Source: Azolla caroliniana (Eukaryota; Plantae; Polypodiophyta). Taken from it: a DNA stretch of 64,000 nt. Made by a program: the position numbers and the translations under genes. Below the pieces are notes generated by a model that did no database searches, was not told the origin of the DNA, and saw only the letters and a list, made by a program, of their open reading frames with translations. The stretch is from contig JBHGNT010000015.1 in assembly GCA_043228905.1 (NCBI GenBank), forward strand, positions 10,912,001-10,976,000, read 5' to 3'. Positions 22,050-34,010 of this stretch are shown here, in pieces (the first letter of the stretch is position 1; each line of letters begins with the position of its first letter).

Positions 22050-24410
22050 ACATTTGGAGGAAAGGCAGACAACTTTTTCTTTGCACCGCGTTGTAAGCGT
22101 CAACAACGACCATGAGGAAGACACAACTAAGGGTATAGAAAATGAAGGAAATATTAGAGCAAAACAAGGATATTTTAATAGTAGAGCTACCCAAACCACT
22201 TCCACTACAAAGATCAATCGACCATAAAATCCCAATCATTCCACGAAGCATACCACCTACAAAAGCTCCTTATTAGATGAATGTCACTCAATTATTAGAC
22301 TTAAAACTATAACTACGGGAGTAAGAACCACATGGATTTATCAGACCACGCCAATCACCTTATGGTGCACCTATCATTTTTGTGACGAAGAAAGATGGGA
22401 CATTACGTACGAACATGGATTACAGGTCTCTCAACAAAATCACCATAAAAAATAAATACCCATTACCTTTGATCATAAACCTCTTGGATCAACTATAGGG
22501 AGCCCGTTACTTCTCTCACATTGATCTCAGACCTGGGTATGATCAGATCTGCATAGCCATGGAGGATATTGAGAAAACAACATTTAGGACGAGATATTGC
22601 AGTTTTGAATGACTTGCGATGAGTTTTACATTGATGACTTGTAATTTTTAGTAATACTTTTGAAGAACACAAGCAACACGTCACCAATGTTTTACAACAA
22701 TTACGGGAGCATAAGTTATACGCCAAACCCAAGAAGTGTGAGTTTGCTATGGAGGAGTTGGAGTTCATAGGATTCCAAATAGGAATAGAAGGGCTCAAGA
22801 TGGATCCAACCAAGGTAAAAGTGTTCAAGATTGGCCACAACCTACCAAAGTCCTCGAGTTGTAGCAATTCATAGGCTTTGTCCAATATGTGAGAAGGTTT
22901 ATTAAAAACTTCAATCAAATTGCATCAAAGGCTCACAAACTATAGGCCTTCGAGAAATTGAAGGAGGCGGTGTGTGCACACACGGTTCTTCAACTCCCTG
23001 AATTCTCAAGGTCGTTCGAAATTCATGCTAATGCTTTTGATTTTGCTTATGGGGTTGTACTTATGCAAGATGGCCACCCGATTGCCTATGAGTTAAAAAA
23101 GGTTTCAGAGATAGAAAGTTGGTGGCCCACACACGAGAAGGAAATGTTGGCGGTGGTTTATGCACTTCGAAAGTGGCAGCACTACGTACAAGATAAATTT
23201 ACAAGGGTAGTGACCAATAACATCTCCTTGCACTATTTTCATATGCAACCACGACTTTCAGCAAAACAAATGAGATGGCAAGATATGTTAACTTAGAATT
23301 TGATTTGGAAATTGTCCATAAAAAAGGTAAGATGCACACATTACCCAATGCACTAAGTCGGTTGCCACACATCCTCCACATTTCCGTCATCTTGGCTCAA
23401 GGATGGATAGGGGAAGTAAGGCAAGGAAAGATAGAGGATGCATAGATGTGCCAATTAATAACCAAAGTTGCGAACAAGGGAGCAATTCATGGAATGTACA
23501 AGTTGCATGGAGGGCTATTGTGGACTCCCGATAAATTAGTAATCCCTAATAATATACTACTAAAGGCAAAGATATTAAGGGAATTGCATGATTGCCAATG
23601 GCCAGGCATGGAGGGCAAAAGCGCACATTAAAAGTTGTTAATCGTGTGGCCAAGAATGGAACATGAGACCATCGACTATATACGATTATGGTGGATATGT
23701 CACGTAGTGAAAGCTAGGCGAGGCAAAGTGCTCGGGCTACTACAACAAATGCCAGTGCCATCATGTCCGTGGGATGTAATAAGCATGGATTTTATAATTG
23801 ATCTACCCTCATCAAAGGGGTTTTGCAAAACCACCTCTAACAACTCAACCTATAACCCATTTGTTCTTTAAACACGTTTTCAAGTATCATGGGCTGCAAG
23901 AAATCAGTGTCTGACAAGGATCCAAGGTTCACTGGTGGGTTTTGGCAAGAATTGTTCCGGATTTTGGGCACACAGCTCGATATGTCATCATCTGCAGACC
24001 CTCAAACCGATGGATAGAGCGAGCGACTCAATCAAGGCATCAAAGACTACATTCAATGTTATGTCAAAGCGGATCAATCGGACTAGGTGGAACACATCGA
24101 CATGCTCGAATTTTGTTAAAATGCAATAAGCCATTCAATAACGAGATTCTCTGCTTTCGAACTCTCCATGGGTAAAGAAGTTCTCACGCCCATTATTTTA
24201 TTGCATATGAATAACAAGATACAAGTAGAGGAATTGGCGGAGTGGAAGAACCGGATGCAAGTAGCACAAGAGCATCTCACAAAAACAAAGTCGCGGATGA
24301 TCGATTGTATGGACAAGAAATGAGAACATGTAGAGTTTTTTCCAGGGTATTTAGTAGGTGTCAATTCCACGAGCTAGCTGTTACCTAGGGCCTCACACAC
24401 AAGTTCAATC
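22050..24410 (+). pseudogene. Highly degraded chromovirus-type Gypsy pol (RT-RH-IN); continues at 33789-34010
   Basis: [17 protein letters not shown]; HEKEMLAVVYALRKW; PWDVISMDFI. Confidence 0.82.
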
Positions 24411-27400
24411 ATACAACTCTGGATGTAGTATCACACACCCCACTAAACAATACTTCATACATACATACATATATGTATATATATATATATATATATACAC
24501 ATAGAAGTAACGGCTAGCCGTTACTTCTTTGTAATTGTTGTTTTGTCTTTTTCTTATTATTCTTTGTAACTCATATTTTTTCTTTATCCTCATAACTAAT
24601 GTTTTATCATTTGTGGTGTAAGTAGGTAATCTTAACACCCCCCCTTAGTTGTGACACCACCAACTCATCTATTTGGATGAATACTTAATCTAATATGGTG
24701 GCAACAACTCCAATGTTTTGTGTTGGGTACTAGTTTTGGTAAGAAAATCAGCCCACATAGCTTGTGTTGAAGTATGTCCTATAGAAAGGTTAGATTCTTC
24801 AAGAATTTCTGAGATGAAGTGATGCCGTGCGCGGATATGCTTGTTTTGCTTTGTGATCTTGGGATCCTTAGTGATTTTGATGCAGGATTGGTTGTCACAC
24901 CATAACTTGAATTCAGAGATTTTGAGGATGACAAATTCATCAATGATGGACTTCAACCATAATCCTTCCTTAATAGTGAGAGTAGCTGCTATGTATTCTG
25001 CTTCAGTGGAAGAGAGGGCGACGGTAGCTTGTTTCTTTGTTCGCCATGAAGTGGCACCACCTGCAAATAGGAATACATAGCCGAAGGTGGATCGAGAGGT
25101 ATACCTGTCCCCCCCCAATCTGCATCCGTCCAACCATGTAGTGGTGTAGATAGCCAAGCTTGGATATTTGAATGTTGGGCTTTAGAGTATGATGTGTAAG
25201 TAAGTGTCATATCCCTTGTGTACTTCAGATATCGTAATACTCTTTTAAGCACTTTCCAATGGTTAACTCCTGGATTTTCCATGAATCTTGATAGGTATCC
25301 AGTGGCAAAAGATAAGTCGGGTCGAGTGCAACTGACAAGGTATCGAATGCTCCCCAACACTTGGCGATACGGGATATTCTTCATAAAGTAAGTTTCTTCA
25401 GTTGTATGTGGTGAATCTTTGGATGATAATTTGCATGGTATTGTGAGGGGAGTGGAGATTGGAGAACACTCAAACATATCAAACTTGGTTAGTATATTAT
25501 CAACAAAGATTTCTTGTGATAGGGAGAGTGTACCTAGAGTTCGATTCCTCTTTACATGAATCCCAAGAAAATGTTCTAGTGGCCCAAGATGTTTGATAGG
25601 GAATTGTTGTCATAACTATGCAATAAATTCCATCACCAAGTCTTCCGATGTCCCAACAATAGGTAAATCATCCACATAGACTCCCAAGAGTAAGAATTCT
25701 ATTTTTGTTTTACTTATATATAGATTAGGTTCCGATTGAAGTTGTTGACATTTGATTGATAAGAGGAACCTATGAAACTTGGCATACCGTTGTCTAGGGG
25801 ATTGTTTTAGGCCATATAGAGGTTTGTTAAGTTTACACACATAATTAGGGTCTATATTATTATCTAACATTTGGGGTTGCTCCATATATATATCTTCTTC
25901 TAAATCACCATGTAAAAACGTTGTTTCAACATCAACATGGTGAAGTTCAAGATTTAAATATGCCGTAATGGCAAGAATCAATCAAAGTGCAGTGATTTTT
26001 AGAGTGGGTGAAAAGGTTTCATGGTAGTCCACACCTAGTATTTGTGAGAATCCTCGAGCTACTAATCTCGCTTTGAACCTCACGGGAGTACCTAGTGCAT
26101 CATATTTCTTCGTAAAAAGCCACTTACAAGTGATGACATTGGAGTGACAAGGCCGCGGTACTAATGTCCATGTGTGATTCTTTTGGAGTGCCGAGAATTC
26201 AGATTTAATAGTCGCAACCCAATTTTCTTTTTCTTTACTTTTTAATGCTTGCTTGAAGGTGAGAATTGGAGTCGTGTTGTAGTTGTCTCCTTCGATGATG
26301 GCTGCAAAGATGGATATGTCGGACTCCGTCTCTGTTACAAAGTGACATGTCGACTTTTCGCGCACCTCGTCCTTAGTTGCATCATAGATATCACTAAGTA
26401 ACCTTACCTTAGTCTTTTTAGCCCTAATTTCTTTGTCTTTTAAGGTTGTTTTGGAGAGGTTGTAGGTTTTTAGGCGGTCGAGATCCATATTCTTAGATTT
26501 GGAGCTTTGTTTTCTTGCAATCATGGAGGATGCACAAGGTTGCATGTGGTCACCACTCGTATGCTCAGGTTCAAGGCTTCGAGTAATATATTGGGCAGTG
26601 GACTGATCGTTGCTTTCGAGGCTTCGGTCATACACTTGTTCTCCTTCAGGACTCTGAGCATTAGATTGGCGGACAAATTGCCTACCAATTTTGGGATGTT
26701 TAGGATACTCTGAGGTGGTGTAGGGTGGTAGGTGACCTAAACTTGTATGTTCAGATTTACAATTTCGACATTCGGATGTTGAGGAAGAGGTGTTGGGTTG
26801 TTGGCAGCACACTAGCACATCCTCGAGTTCGAGACTTTGAGTGGCTGATTTGGTGGCCATAGGCTTGGTGGTGGTCTTTGCAGCGGAGGTTCCCAACCCC
26901 TCATCTTGAGTGGTTAAGATCTTAGAATGAGGTGATTGGTTGAGTTTCTCTACTTTGTTTTCTGTTGCATTAGTTGTTGGCGCACCATGATTGTTGTGTA
27001 GTTCAATGTTGATGATGTTTGTCCCATAGTTTTGTTGTTGCCTATCATTTGGATTTGTTTGGTGTAGATCTAGATGTTGTAAACTTCATATAATTCAACT
27101 CTCTATGTGCTTTCCTCTATTATTATGTTGTGGAGGCTCAAACTTGTGTATGTAAGATGCATTAGACTGTGTTAATGCTAGTGGGTTCGTAGAAGAGGAT
27201 GTTGTAATTTGATTGTCACCAGCAGTCATGTGTTCATTTGGTGAGTTTTCTGATGTTATCCTATCATTTTTAGATTCCATTACTATTGCTTGAGTCTTAA
27301 CTTTGTGATTTCCTTGGTAAGGTGTCCACTCCCAGTCCGGTGTCTTTCATTACATATGATGACCTAGAAAAAAGACTTTTCTCATCAAACTCCACAGAAC

Positions 27401-27462
27401 AACTAAAAATTATTTTACCTATATCCGGAAGGTAAATTCTGTATGCTTTTACTCCATATGGC

Positions 27463-27911
27463 TGTTGTCTGCCGGAATAGTAACCGATGGACAAGAGCGC
27501 AAGAATAGGAAATAGTATATATAAGATTGTAACGCATGTAATGGTTCACACGGGAAGCGTGAACGGCTAAAAGACCCTGCGTATATAAAGGGCAGAAAAC
27601 CTCTGATAGAGGGATCGTGTAATTTTGGAATGTAAAGAAGCGTATCGTAATAGAATTCTATCTTCTCTGATATCTTTGTATAGCTACGGCTAATCTACTG
27701 TGTGTCTGGAATACCTGAGAGTGTAGAAGTAAGAACGTGAGCATGTAACCCCTGATAAGGAGTCGGTTGTAGCCGTCTCCCTTATATGCTGCTAGGTTAT
27801 GGGGAACATTCCCCTACGTATTACGCACAGACGCCACCATTCGTTGTTTCACAGTCACTTGGAGGTCTAGGTCGAAGGACTGACCGCAGACCGTGTTCCT
27901 AATCGGTAACA
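27463..27911 (+). repeat. 5' LTR of element D
   Basis: TGTTG...TAACA; repeat of 31592-32040. Confidence 0.95.
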
Positions 27912-27915
27912 CTTT

Positions 27916-27963
27916 TGGCACGCATGGTGGGACCCGAACCCACAATCCCTTGATTAGAAGTCA
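27916..27963 (-). pseudogene. tRNA-Arg(UCU) 3'-part retrocopy including CCA (extended PBS); not a functional tRNA gene
   Basis: Minus strand reads TGA-CTTCTAA-TCAAG-GGATT-GTGGG-TTCGGGT-CCCAC-CATGCGT-G-CCA: anticodon loop TCT, T-arm, acceptor 3' strand and encoded CCA. Confidence 0.85.
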
Positions 27964-28027
27964 CATGCGTTACAATCTTATATATACTATTTCCTATTCC
28001 TGCACTCTTGTCCGTCGGTTACTATTC
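27963..28027 (-). repeat. 65-bp inverted copy of element D LTR (source 27475-27539)
   Basis: Reverse complement of GAATAGTAACC...TAACGCATGT. Confidence 0.92.
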
Positions 28028-28057
28028 GTGTAATCTGATATTTGTGTATAACTACGG

Positions 28058-28432
28058 GACCGACTATCGGAAGCCAAGTCGGAGGAGGTACGGCTCCACC
28101 AGCTACTCGACCTCGGGGAAAAATGCGTACACAGCATGGCTGTGTTGGAGCAGGAACAACGACGGTGTAAAGTGTTTGTGGATTGACATCGGAACGCACG
28201 GGAAAAGGATTTCGCCGTCGGTCGAGCGGTGCTGGTTTTCCAAACCCGCATGGGCCATATGCTAGGGAAGTTACGATTCCGTTGGACAGGCCCGTACTGG
28301 ATAATTGGAGCGGAACAAGGCACATTCCAACTAGGTACGTTGGTCGGGGAAGTCTTACGACAAAAGGTGAATGGGTTTCGCCTTAAACCTTACCTGGGGC
28401 CTACGCCACCTAACCCATTCACCGCTGGATAG
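28058..28432 (+). pseudogene. Gypsy integrase C-terminal (GPY/F) remnant
   Basis: GKLRFRWTGPYWI...VNGFRLKPY. Confidence 0.85.
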
Positions 28433-28579
28433 GACAAAGCCGGAGAACCCGCGGCGTAAGTGGAAGGCCCCACTTGTATCATAATGTAAAAATAGGTTGT
28501 ATGTAACCGTTATGAAAAAAAAAAGAAAAAAAGAAAAAAGAAGAAGAAGATAGCGACACTATTAAAGAAAAAGGACTAA

Positions 28580-31544
28580 ATGCATGCACAGACTCCTAGA
28601 TCAAGAACACGCGGCACCACGATGGCTCACCGCCCAATGAACCCTAAGCCACAAAAAGAAGGAAATAGAAGATCTTCTGCACAAAACAGAAACCCACCTC
28701 CTAACTATCAGCGCTCCCATCGCTCCTCCCCCTCACCTTCTCCTCCATCCTATCACAGAGCTCCAGCCCACCGCAACCACCAGTCTCCTCCCCACGAACC
28801 TACTCTGGCAATGCTGATCTTCATCTCTAGCGCCTTACGCCGATGGCTTGTGGAGAAACGCCTGGATGGGTACATCTGGGTCGCAGAGGCACCTCCACAC
28901 CCGGATGCCATGGACATCGCCAGAAAGCTTAACATCGACACGGTCACTAACTCTTCCATCCGGAAAAAGTTGAACCTGTCATCGCTAGGTGAAAGGTATT
29001 TCGAAATCCCTCTTGCAAAGGCGCTGTAGAGATATTTCGGTCCATATTCCTCCTCCGCCAAGGCCTATAGAACGAAGCAGATCCCGGATCCCTTCTTCCG
29101 TGAAGTCGCCAAGTTCCTGTTGGAGGTCGGATGCGTACACGTAAACGCATATGGGATGCCCAAGCAGAAGGCGGGTATCATTATTGATATCTTTGAAGGG
29201 CGTGTGGTCAATTGGGGGGTCATCACAGGGCCGACATTAAGGGAAGGCCTGCATGCATATCAGGGAGGCAAGAAGCTCAGGCCGATCATACAACAGTACC
29301 TTACAGTGCTATTCCCACCTCGAGGCCTGCCGGCACCGCAGCCTAGCCGACCCACGCCTCCGCCCCGATCTGCGAAGCGCAGGTTAGCGGAGTTAGCTGC
29401 CCCAGAGTGGGAAGAGGAACCCCAACCTGCCCAGCCAGACACACGGACAACACAGGAAGACAACCGGCATGCTCTGCGGAAGCAACCCCAGAGCCAAACG
29501 CCAAAACACGGCAAGATAGCCCCAAACCGAAATGGTGGAGGTTGGACAGGAAAGATGGGCAGGGATTGGTCAAAGATGTCCCCTCGGCGGTAGAGACAAC
29601 GACCGAAGGCAATGGCTCCGCAGCTACGGAGCCCAATACCATCTTCGAAATCATCCGCAAGCCACGACCGATCATTACGACCCAGTCCCAACGAGGGAAA
29701 GCTGTATTGACGGCAGAAAGCGAGGTTTTGGCATATCTAGATATCCCGAACATAGCCCATGAGTTCAGCGCCCTCTTGTAGTTCGGAACCTCTTTTGAGC
29801 TCATGGAATTCCTGGCAACTCAACAGATAAAGGCCTCACAACGAATGGCCGAGGAGCACGTGGAGCACTAGATGATCGAGCGCGCCCTAACACAAACGAC
29901 GGAGAGCGACGATGAGGACCGGCTAGCAAGGGTCGGCAGACAGAGGAACGCTGGTGTACGCCGAGTGGGGATGGAGCTACCCCCTTTAAACACGGCCCTA
30001 GTCGAAGTCCACAGGGAACTGGCAAAGGTCAGCACGGGCACCAAGGAGATGGCCATTAAAAATAAGAACGTCTGGAAGAAGGTGAAACTGACCCAAGCCG
30101 AGCTGCAAAAGCCAACGAACACATCACAGAGTTGGAAACTAGCGCGACTACGCCGCAACAAGCAACTCCGCCACCAAAACAGGCCATCGACGTCTTGAAG
30201 GAAGAGATTGAGGCTCAGAACACCATTGCCTCAAAAGCAAAAAGGGCCGTACAGCTAGCGGAATCAGAAATTGACCGCCTTCGCGCTGAACTTCGCCAAT
30301 CCTCCGACAGGGAAAAGGATATCCGGGCTAACGGACGGAAGGCAGTAAAAAACCTTGAAGAGAAACTCGCTGCGGAGGCCGCTCAGCACACCCGAACAAA
30401 AGAAGAAAACGCCCAAATACGGGAGGAAGCGAAGAAGTCGGAGGTGGCAATCTCGGAACTCCGATCCTTATTGGAGAAAAAGAAGGTATGGTTCGACGAG
30501 CAGTTATTGGGTGAACAGGAAAGAAGGCATTAGCTCGAAATCCGCCTAAACAATGAAATGGGGAAATTAGAAGAACTCCATGCGAAGGAAGCCCAGTTGT
30601 GGGCGGGCATGAAGAGCACGTATGAAGAAGCGGCGGCAGTTAGCCAGCAAGAAATTGCAAACCTCAAGAAGGTGGTAAAAGAAGCACACAACCGCTGCCA
30701 GGCCATCACAAACAACATGTGTATCCTTCTCCAAACAAATCGGGAGAGGTTCACAACGCAATTGAAAACAACGCTAGATAAAGGATGGATGGCGTGGGCA
30801 GCCCAGGCAGCGGAATTGCACGCATATCGTGCGAACTGGGAGAACAGGCGAAAAGACAGCCGAGGCTTCTATAAACTCAATGAGGAGAGCATTGCGGCAG
30901 TATGCGAGGACCTAGCGTAGGACTATCGCGCGCTAGCAGACCAACATTTCGAAGAACTTGCGCAACTCTTAGACGATTTTGGGGAAAGCCAGGAGGATCT
31001 GTTTCACCAAATCACACAAGCCGGCAACACGCGAACTAATGAGGAATCCGTCGCGCCACCAATTCCGGACACTGCCGAAGAAGAGGAACCTCAAACTAGG
31101 TCCCCCGCCATTACAACTACGGTGAACAGCGCGGAACGACGAGCGGGGCCCCCCACATTACCAGACAACGAAACCATGGCCCAAGAGGAACCCCATCTCC
31201 TGGAGCCTATGCTAGTGGCCGACCACACGAAGAACGTTGCGGAGCCAGCAAAACCGCAACCCCACGCCTCGGAGCGTACAACGACGGCCGACACCACAGA
31301 GCGAGTGACGGAGGAGACAGAGCCACGACCGACCGCAAGCCTGCCGATGGCTGAGCTCAACACCCTAGCCCAAGAAGAGCCCACAGAACCCGGACCGCCC
31401 ACATAGGACGATCGTGACACCGGGAGGAGCCCTCCCGACCACATAAGGGAACTACACCACAATGCACCTACGGGCCCTACGTCGTCCCCACACACGGACA
31501 CCGTAGCAAAGCCAAACATCTGGGACATTTTGGAAGAAGATTAA
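28580..31544 (+). pseudogene. Extra sense ORF of element D (roughly 950 codons: globular N-domain, Pro-rich linker, coiled coil, acidic tail ending DILEED*)
   Basis: ORF pieces 28580-29029, 29120-29593, 30132-30533, 30558-30920 and 31122-31406; the last three share a frame ending TAA at 31542-31544. Confidence 0.8.
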
Positions 31545-31572
31545 CGAGATGGGTCCGATGTGCAAAGGCACT

Positions 31573-31589
31573 GTCCCACGGGCGTGCCA
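31573..31589 (+). other. Sense tRNA-Arg-3'-end-like motif (inverted PBS) at the PPT position of element D
   Basis: GTCCCACGGGCGTGCCA, 2 nt before the TSD-defined 3' LTR. Confidence 0.8.
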
Positions 31590-31591
31590 GG

Positions 31592-32040
31592 TGTTGTCCG
31601 CCGGAATAGTAACCGACGGACAAGAGCGTAGGAATAGGAAATAGTATAGATAAGATTGTAACGCATGTAACGGTTCACGCGAGAAGCGTGAACGGCTAAA
31701 AGATCCTGCGTATATAAAGGGCAGAAAACCTCTGATAGAGGGAGCGTGTAATTTTGGAATGTAAAGAAGCGTATCGTAATAGAATTCTATCTTCTCTGAT
31801 ATCTGTGTATAGCTACGGCTAATCTACTGTGTGTCTGGAATACCTGAGAGTGTAGAAGTAAGAACGTGAGCGTGTAACCCCTGATAAGGAGTCGGTTGTA
31901 GCCATCTCCCTTATACACTGCTAGGTTACGGGGAACATTCCCCTACGTATTACGCACAAATGCCACCATTCATTGTTTCACAGTCACTTGGAGGTCTAGG
32001 TCAAAGAACTGACCGCAGACCGTGTTCCTAATCGGTAACA
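31592..32040 (+). repeat. 3' LTR of element D
   Basis: Repeat of 27463-27911 followed by TSD. Confidence 0.95.
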
Positions 32041-33653
32041 ATGGCTCCCCATATCCAATAAGTTTTCCTTTGATGCATCGATCCTCAAGTTTTGTCCTCT
32101 TGGCAGGTTGTATGTATGCAAATGCGGTTGCTCCAAATACTCGAAGATGTGATATCTCAGGTGGGTACCCATACCACATGGTGTATGACACTTGTCCTTC
32201 TATACCTTGGTGAGGAGTTCTATTTTGTAGGTAACAAGCTGTGGTTACTGCTTCTTCCCAGAATCTCGAGGCCATTCCACTGATCTTCAGCATACTCCTA
32301 GCTGCATTTAATAAGGTGCGCGATTCTTTCTCTCAACTATCCCATTTTGTTGAGGTGTGTAGACAATTGACTTTTGATGAACTATACCATTTTTTTCATT
32401 AAAGGCCTCCCACTCTTGTGAAACAAACTCCCCACCATTGTCACTTCTTATTACTTTAACTTTAAGTTGTGTCTAATTTTCAACAAAGCTCTTATATGCA
32501 CAAAATGCTTTGAATGCATTTCCCTTTTGTTTAAGAAAGTTAACCATTGTGAATCGCGAAGTGTTACCAATGAATGTTATAAAGTACCTTGCTCCAAAGA
32601 GTGACTTGGGAGTTATTGGTCCACATACATCCATGTGAACAAGTTGAAGAATTCCTTTGTCTTTGAGTTACTTAATGGAAATGGTTTTTGAGACATTTTC
32701 CCGTACATGCATCCTTCGCAAATATCAACAGATTTAAAGACTGTGGCAGGTAAACCTCTTACTAGGTTCTGATTTTGACACAACTTGATTGTTGGTGTAT
32801 GTAGATGACCAAACCAGCAATGCCATAGATAGGTGGGGGACACATTTTCTACTCCTCCTTGATGTACTTTAGCATGGTGATGAATGTTCCCCAAGATTCG
32901 GGGAGTTTGCTTAGTACTAATCCAATCTTGATGTCTTATGAGATGCAGTTGCCAGCGGTAGTTGCATCATCCATGGTTGCCTCCCAAGTTGAAAAGAAGG
33001 TAGGAACATATTCTTCTTCCTGTAAAACACACATATTAAACAAGGTATCTAAGGTGTGGAGTTTAGTTATACCATCTTGAGGTTCATATAGTTCCTTTAG
33101 TTTTGCCCACATCGCAGTTGTAGATGTGAGTTTTCGAATAACTTCTGACTGTTTTTCATCTAAATTTAACATTGTCTCTAGTCTAACTCTTTTATCTAGC
33201 TTTCACCATTCGTGCCATTCGTCCGTCTCTCGTTTTGTAGGTTCTGGACTAGCACCAGTTGTGATGTCGAGGAGCTCCTCAACATCAAGTAGCAGCTCCA
33301 TTCGAGTCTTCCAGGTTTTGTAGTTTTTCTCCATTAATTTGTCCAAGGTATATTTTTTGCTTGAGCTTGCCATAGTGATAGTACTAAGATTTGTTTATTT
33401 GAAATAATTTGTGGTGAGTTTTGTTGGTTATAGGGGAGTATGAGATTCAGATCGTGCAACTAAGCTTTGATACCATGTAAGAAAAGTTTAGAACATAATG
33501 CGTTGGATTGACAACAGAGAAAGAGAGAGAGTTTTGGAAGAATGTAGAATAAGGTAAGATATTAGATTAAGACAAGTGTATTACAATGTAAGAACCTACA
33601 ATAACAACTCTAGATGTAGTATCAGACACCCTACTAAACAATACTTCAGACAT

Positions 33654-33688
<35 letters not shown>

Positions 33689-33788
33689 GAAGTAACAGCT
33701 AGCCGTTACTTCTTTGTAACTGTTGTTTTGTCTTTTTCTTATTATTCTTTGTAACTCATATTTGTGGTGTAAGCAAGTAATCTAAACA

Positions 33789-34010
33789 CTACAGACCGTA
33801 CAACCCCCGTACAAGGTGGTCAAACAGTTGAACAACGTATCCTACAAATTACAACTCTCAAAGGCTTCCAAGATACACGATGTTTTTCATGGTAGCCTAC
33901 TAAAACGTTTCCACCTAGATGAAACATGGGCTCCCGAGCCAACTAGTAGATGTGAACCTGAAGCACTTCTGAAGACACGGGTCCGTAGAGGGAGAAGACG
34001 CTATTTCTGG
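33789..34010 (+). pseudogene. Gypsy integrase C-terminus and chromodomain start remnant
   Basis: PYKVVKQLNNVSYKLQL...IHDVFHGSLLKRF...EPEALL. Confidence 0.75.

Larger units (their letters stand above)
27463..32040 (+). mobile_element. Element D: non-autonomous Gypsy derivative (integrase C-terminus plus extra ORF only)
   Basis: 449-bp LTRs at 27463-27911 and 31592-32040 (about 20 mismatches); TSD ATGGC at 27458-27462 and 32041-32045. Confidence 0.95.
24413..33788 (-). mobile_element. Element H: degenerate Copia (5' LTR 33476-33788, truncated 3' LTR about 24413-24637) with element D nested
   Basis: LTR pair; PBS at 33464-33475; PPT at 24638-24646; gag, IN, RT (VYVDD) and RH fragments; protease region deleted. 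Confidence 0.9.

Noticed and set aside
27916-27963. Functional tRNA-Arg gene
   Set aside because: The 5' acceptor strand and D-arm/A-box are missing and CCA is encoded. The apparent continuation (ACATGCGTTA) is actually inverted LTR sequence.
27463-32040. Element D simply lying on the minus strand, with the 3' motif as its ordinary PBS
   Set aside because: Integrase remnant, extra ORF and a tRNA PBS are all on the plus strand, and A shows the same end with plus-strand PBS-gag-protease.
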